From contig JALMLS010000316.1 in assembly GCA_038496445.1 (NCBI GenBank), forward strand, positions 1-64,000: a stretch of DNA of 64,000 bases, written 5' to 3'. The stretch comes from Trichosphaerium sp. ATCC 40318 (Eukaryota > Protista > Tubulinea). Under the pieces are notes generated by a model. It was not told the DNA's origin. It ran no database searches and was given only the letters and a program-made list of their open reading frames with translations. Below are positions 61,578 to 64,000 of the stretch, piece by piece; the first letter of the stretch is position 1; the number at the start of each line of letters is the position of its first letter. The position numbers and the translations under genes are program-made.

Positions 61578-63890
61578 TTAAAAAAGAATGTATACCGAGG
61601 TGACAGATGACAGGTCACGTTCGCTTGAATTATGATTTTATTTGACTTTTTTTGGGCTTCATTTTCTTTAGTGTACTCTCTACGAGGTTTTTTTTATTGA
61701 AACAAGGTGCATTTATGTACAAGTTAGCTTTTTTCCATAACTCTATGAAGCTAAATTGCGATGTCGACTAGTTCCAGTTGAGAACTTTTTGGCATTGTAT
61801 ATTTGGAAGCTAACCAATCGTAAATAAAAACTATACGAAGTAAGTAAGTAAGAAAAAAGAACATTGTTCATTTGTTTTGATAGCATACCAAGAAAAATTA
61901 TAAACACAGAAATTAGTACTGGCCCCGCTACAGCCAGTAATAAAATATCCATTATGGGCACTAAACGAAGTTAGTATCGTATCTGAGAAGAATCTTATAC
62001 TTGCCACTGGTTTCAATAACACAGCTTTGAGAACCTCTAAATAATTACTTAGTAAAAAACAGTGCTAATAACTGTAAAAAAAATTGGAGTCATTTTGTGA
62101 GGTCATCACGTGATTTAGGTTGTTTTCAAATAATCTTACGGTTTTGAAACTTGTCCAGGCGGACAGTCCATACAAGTTAAACTTCCTAATTGCCCAGCGT
62201 AGGTTCCTATTTGGCAAAATAAATCAAACAAAAGACAAAAAAAAACTTTGTTATTTCAAAAGCAGGTACCTGCAGGACAAATATGACAAGTGTTGTCATT
62301 GGGTAACGCATGATATCCATAATCACATTTTCTACAGTTAAATACAAGGCCCATATGTTCGAAACCACCAGTAGAAGGACAAACACCTGAAAAGTTAAAA
62401 ACATATAATCTTCAAATAGGTTTTTCCTCTGTTCTTTATACGTACTTGTAACATTCTCTGGTATTGTTTGATTCTTATACATGGACAAAATGTGTTGATA
62501 TGATAAATCATCTCTGGTCCAGTGGACATATATAAGCGAATGAGGTTCTGTTTTGGATAGAGGTTCCTTTGAGTCCATAAGGTGAAGCAAAAAGAAAAAA
62601 AAGTGAAGTCATATCAAAAAAAGTGTAAGAGTCTACCTTTAAAATGAATTTGTTTCGCTCTAAGAATAGACTAGCATCACGTTGGTATATCGTCATAAAT
62701 GCGGACTTAGAAACATAGATTGTGCAACCACGGACAATGAACAAAAAGAATACTTGTTGACCTAAACTTTGTTTTTTCTTAGTTCTTGTTTCATCCCACG
62801 AGAATGGAGCAAGTGTAGCAGTAGTTGATGTCATCGACCCATCGTTAGCTTTATTATCTACTTGCTTATTTGGGTTCTTGTATATCAAAGTATTATTAAT
62901 CACAGACGAAATAGTAGATTCATAAAGCCCTAGTTTAGCAACTAAAGGAAAACGTCATTTAAAAAAAAAAAGAAAAAAAAAGAAGGTACCTTCAACTTGA
63001 AGTGGTGCTTCTACTGTACAGTTTGCTATTTCCAATGATGCTTTAATACCAGATCTTACGTATCCTTGAGATTCGAAGCCAATATGAGAGTCGTAGATTG
63101 AAAGAGAACCATAAGCACCACGAAAGGCAAAATCGAGAGAAGTCAGTGTAACATTTCTCAATGTAATCATCACAGACAGGAACTCTTCAAACCCTTTTTT
63201 ACGAAACACACCTCCTCCAAGGCCAGTAGAAACGCCTAACATTGGATATTTAAATAACAGGCTGTGGCATCGTTAGACAGTACCATCGTATATCACCATA
63301 GGCTCTGTCTTCGAAGAAATGAAGTGCTTCGTTAGTGTTAGTTGGTAAAAATGGAAAAGACGATATAAAAACTGTACTCCACAAAACCCCAGTAATCACG
63401 TGATTGTTACGTACCATATTAATCACAGGTCTTCTTACTTGAGAAGTCTTCCAGTAGACAGCTTTAAAAGTCAAACTGAGGAAGTGATCCCAATAAACTG
63501 ACACAAGGTGTTTAGGTTCGAATACAACATTCCCTTTGACACGTTTAACAACCCGTTATATCCCAATGGATATTCGCACCCCCAACGCATACAACGTAAT
63601 CAACCTCTGTATCATTCTTTGTGGCCTGTTCGATACTGAAATATGGATACTCGCGCGTGCCAAGGTCCTAAAATGAGTTACAAAACAAGTTGAAATGGGT
63701 TTTTATCTTTTTCTTCTAGTTGTAACTTACAGCATCGTGCCCATGCTCATCTATGTATACATCACACCCTTTACAATAAAAATTAGAATAAAACTGTAAA
63801 TCGACAATTATTCGTACCGTAAGCATCCATAGAAGAAACAAGAGGAGCAAAAATGGATAAATAGAAAAGTGTTAAAGGTATCAAAGCCAT
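61578..63890 (-). CDS. Hypothetical surface/membrane protein with a pectin-lyase-like (DUF1565-type) N-terminal motif and C-terminal TM helices
   Basis: Signal peptide MALIPLTLFYLSIFAPLVSS; VYIDEHGHDADLGTREYPYFSIEQA fits the YV..G.D...GT...P..TI..A cap motif; hydrophobic segments at 62250-62400 and 61880-61960. Internal splicing not fully resolved. Confidence 0.55.
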
Positions 63891-64000
63891 TGCAGATGAG
63901 TTTAAATGAAATTTCTGTGATTAAGCGAAAGCATCGCTAATACGACTTTTCGGAACACGTGATCAAAAGCTATATCTAAAGCAAATGCTGTGGGTGCGTT

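Noticed and set aside
1-64000. Stop-codon reassignment to explain the fragmented ORFs
   Set aside because: Conserved proteins (thioredoxin, glutaminase, kinase, G-alpha) assemble in the standard code with introns. Trp is TGG, and TAA, TAG and TGA all end genes.

Overview
Eukaryotic nuclear DNA from an AT-rich, gene-dense protist. It uses the standard code and has many short spliceosomal introns (about 25-190 nt, donors often GTACG). An amoeboid free-living lineage is suggested by tectonin, TKL kinase and CRN-type genes, but this is inference only. Gene models were spliced by hand, so ends are approximate. Bases 1-4644 are an inverted copy of 9934-14581, carrying an RGS gene end, an atypical G-alpha and the 3' part of a p300/CBP-like HAT; the junction truncates a COG0523 GTPase gene. 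Housekeeping genes: thioredoxin, Bet1-like SNARE, PHAF1/UPF0183, DCAF1, tectonin lectin, serine hydrolase. The most unusual items are: (i) one gene encoding PB1 - TKL kinase - IQ - PARP-like ADP-ribosyltransferase with intact H-Y-E; (ii) a tandem glutaminase whose second EF-GLS-ANK half has lost its catalytic residues; (iii) a Crinkler-type HeH - REase - kinase gene; (iv) three intron-free F-box adaptors, one with a young 72-nt MORN repeat array; (v) a G-alpha lacking the switch-I Arg and P-loop Glu, next to an RGS gene; (vi) strong over-representation of CACGTG. No rRNA, tRNA, CRISPR array or transposase was recognised.
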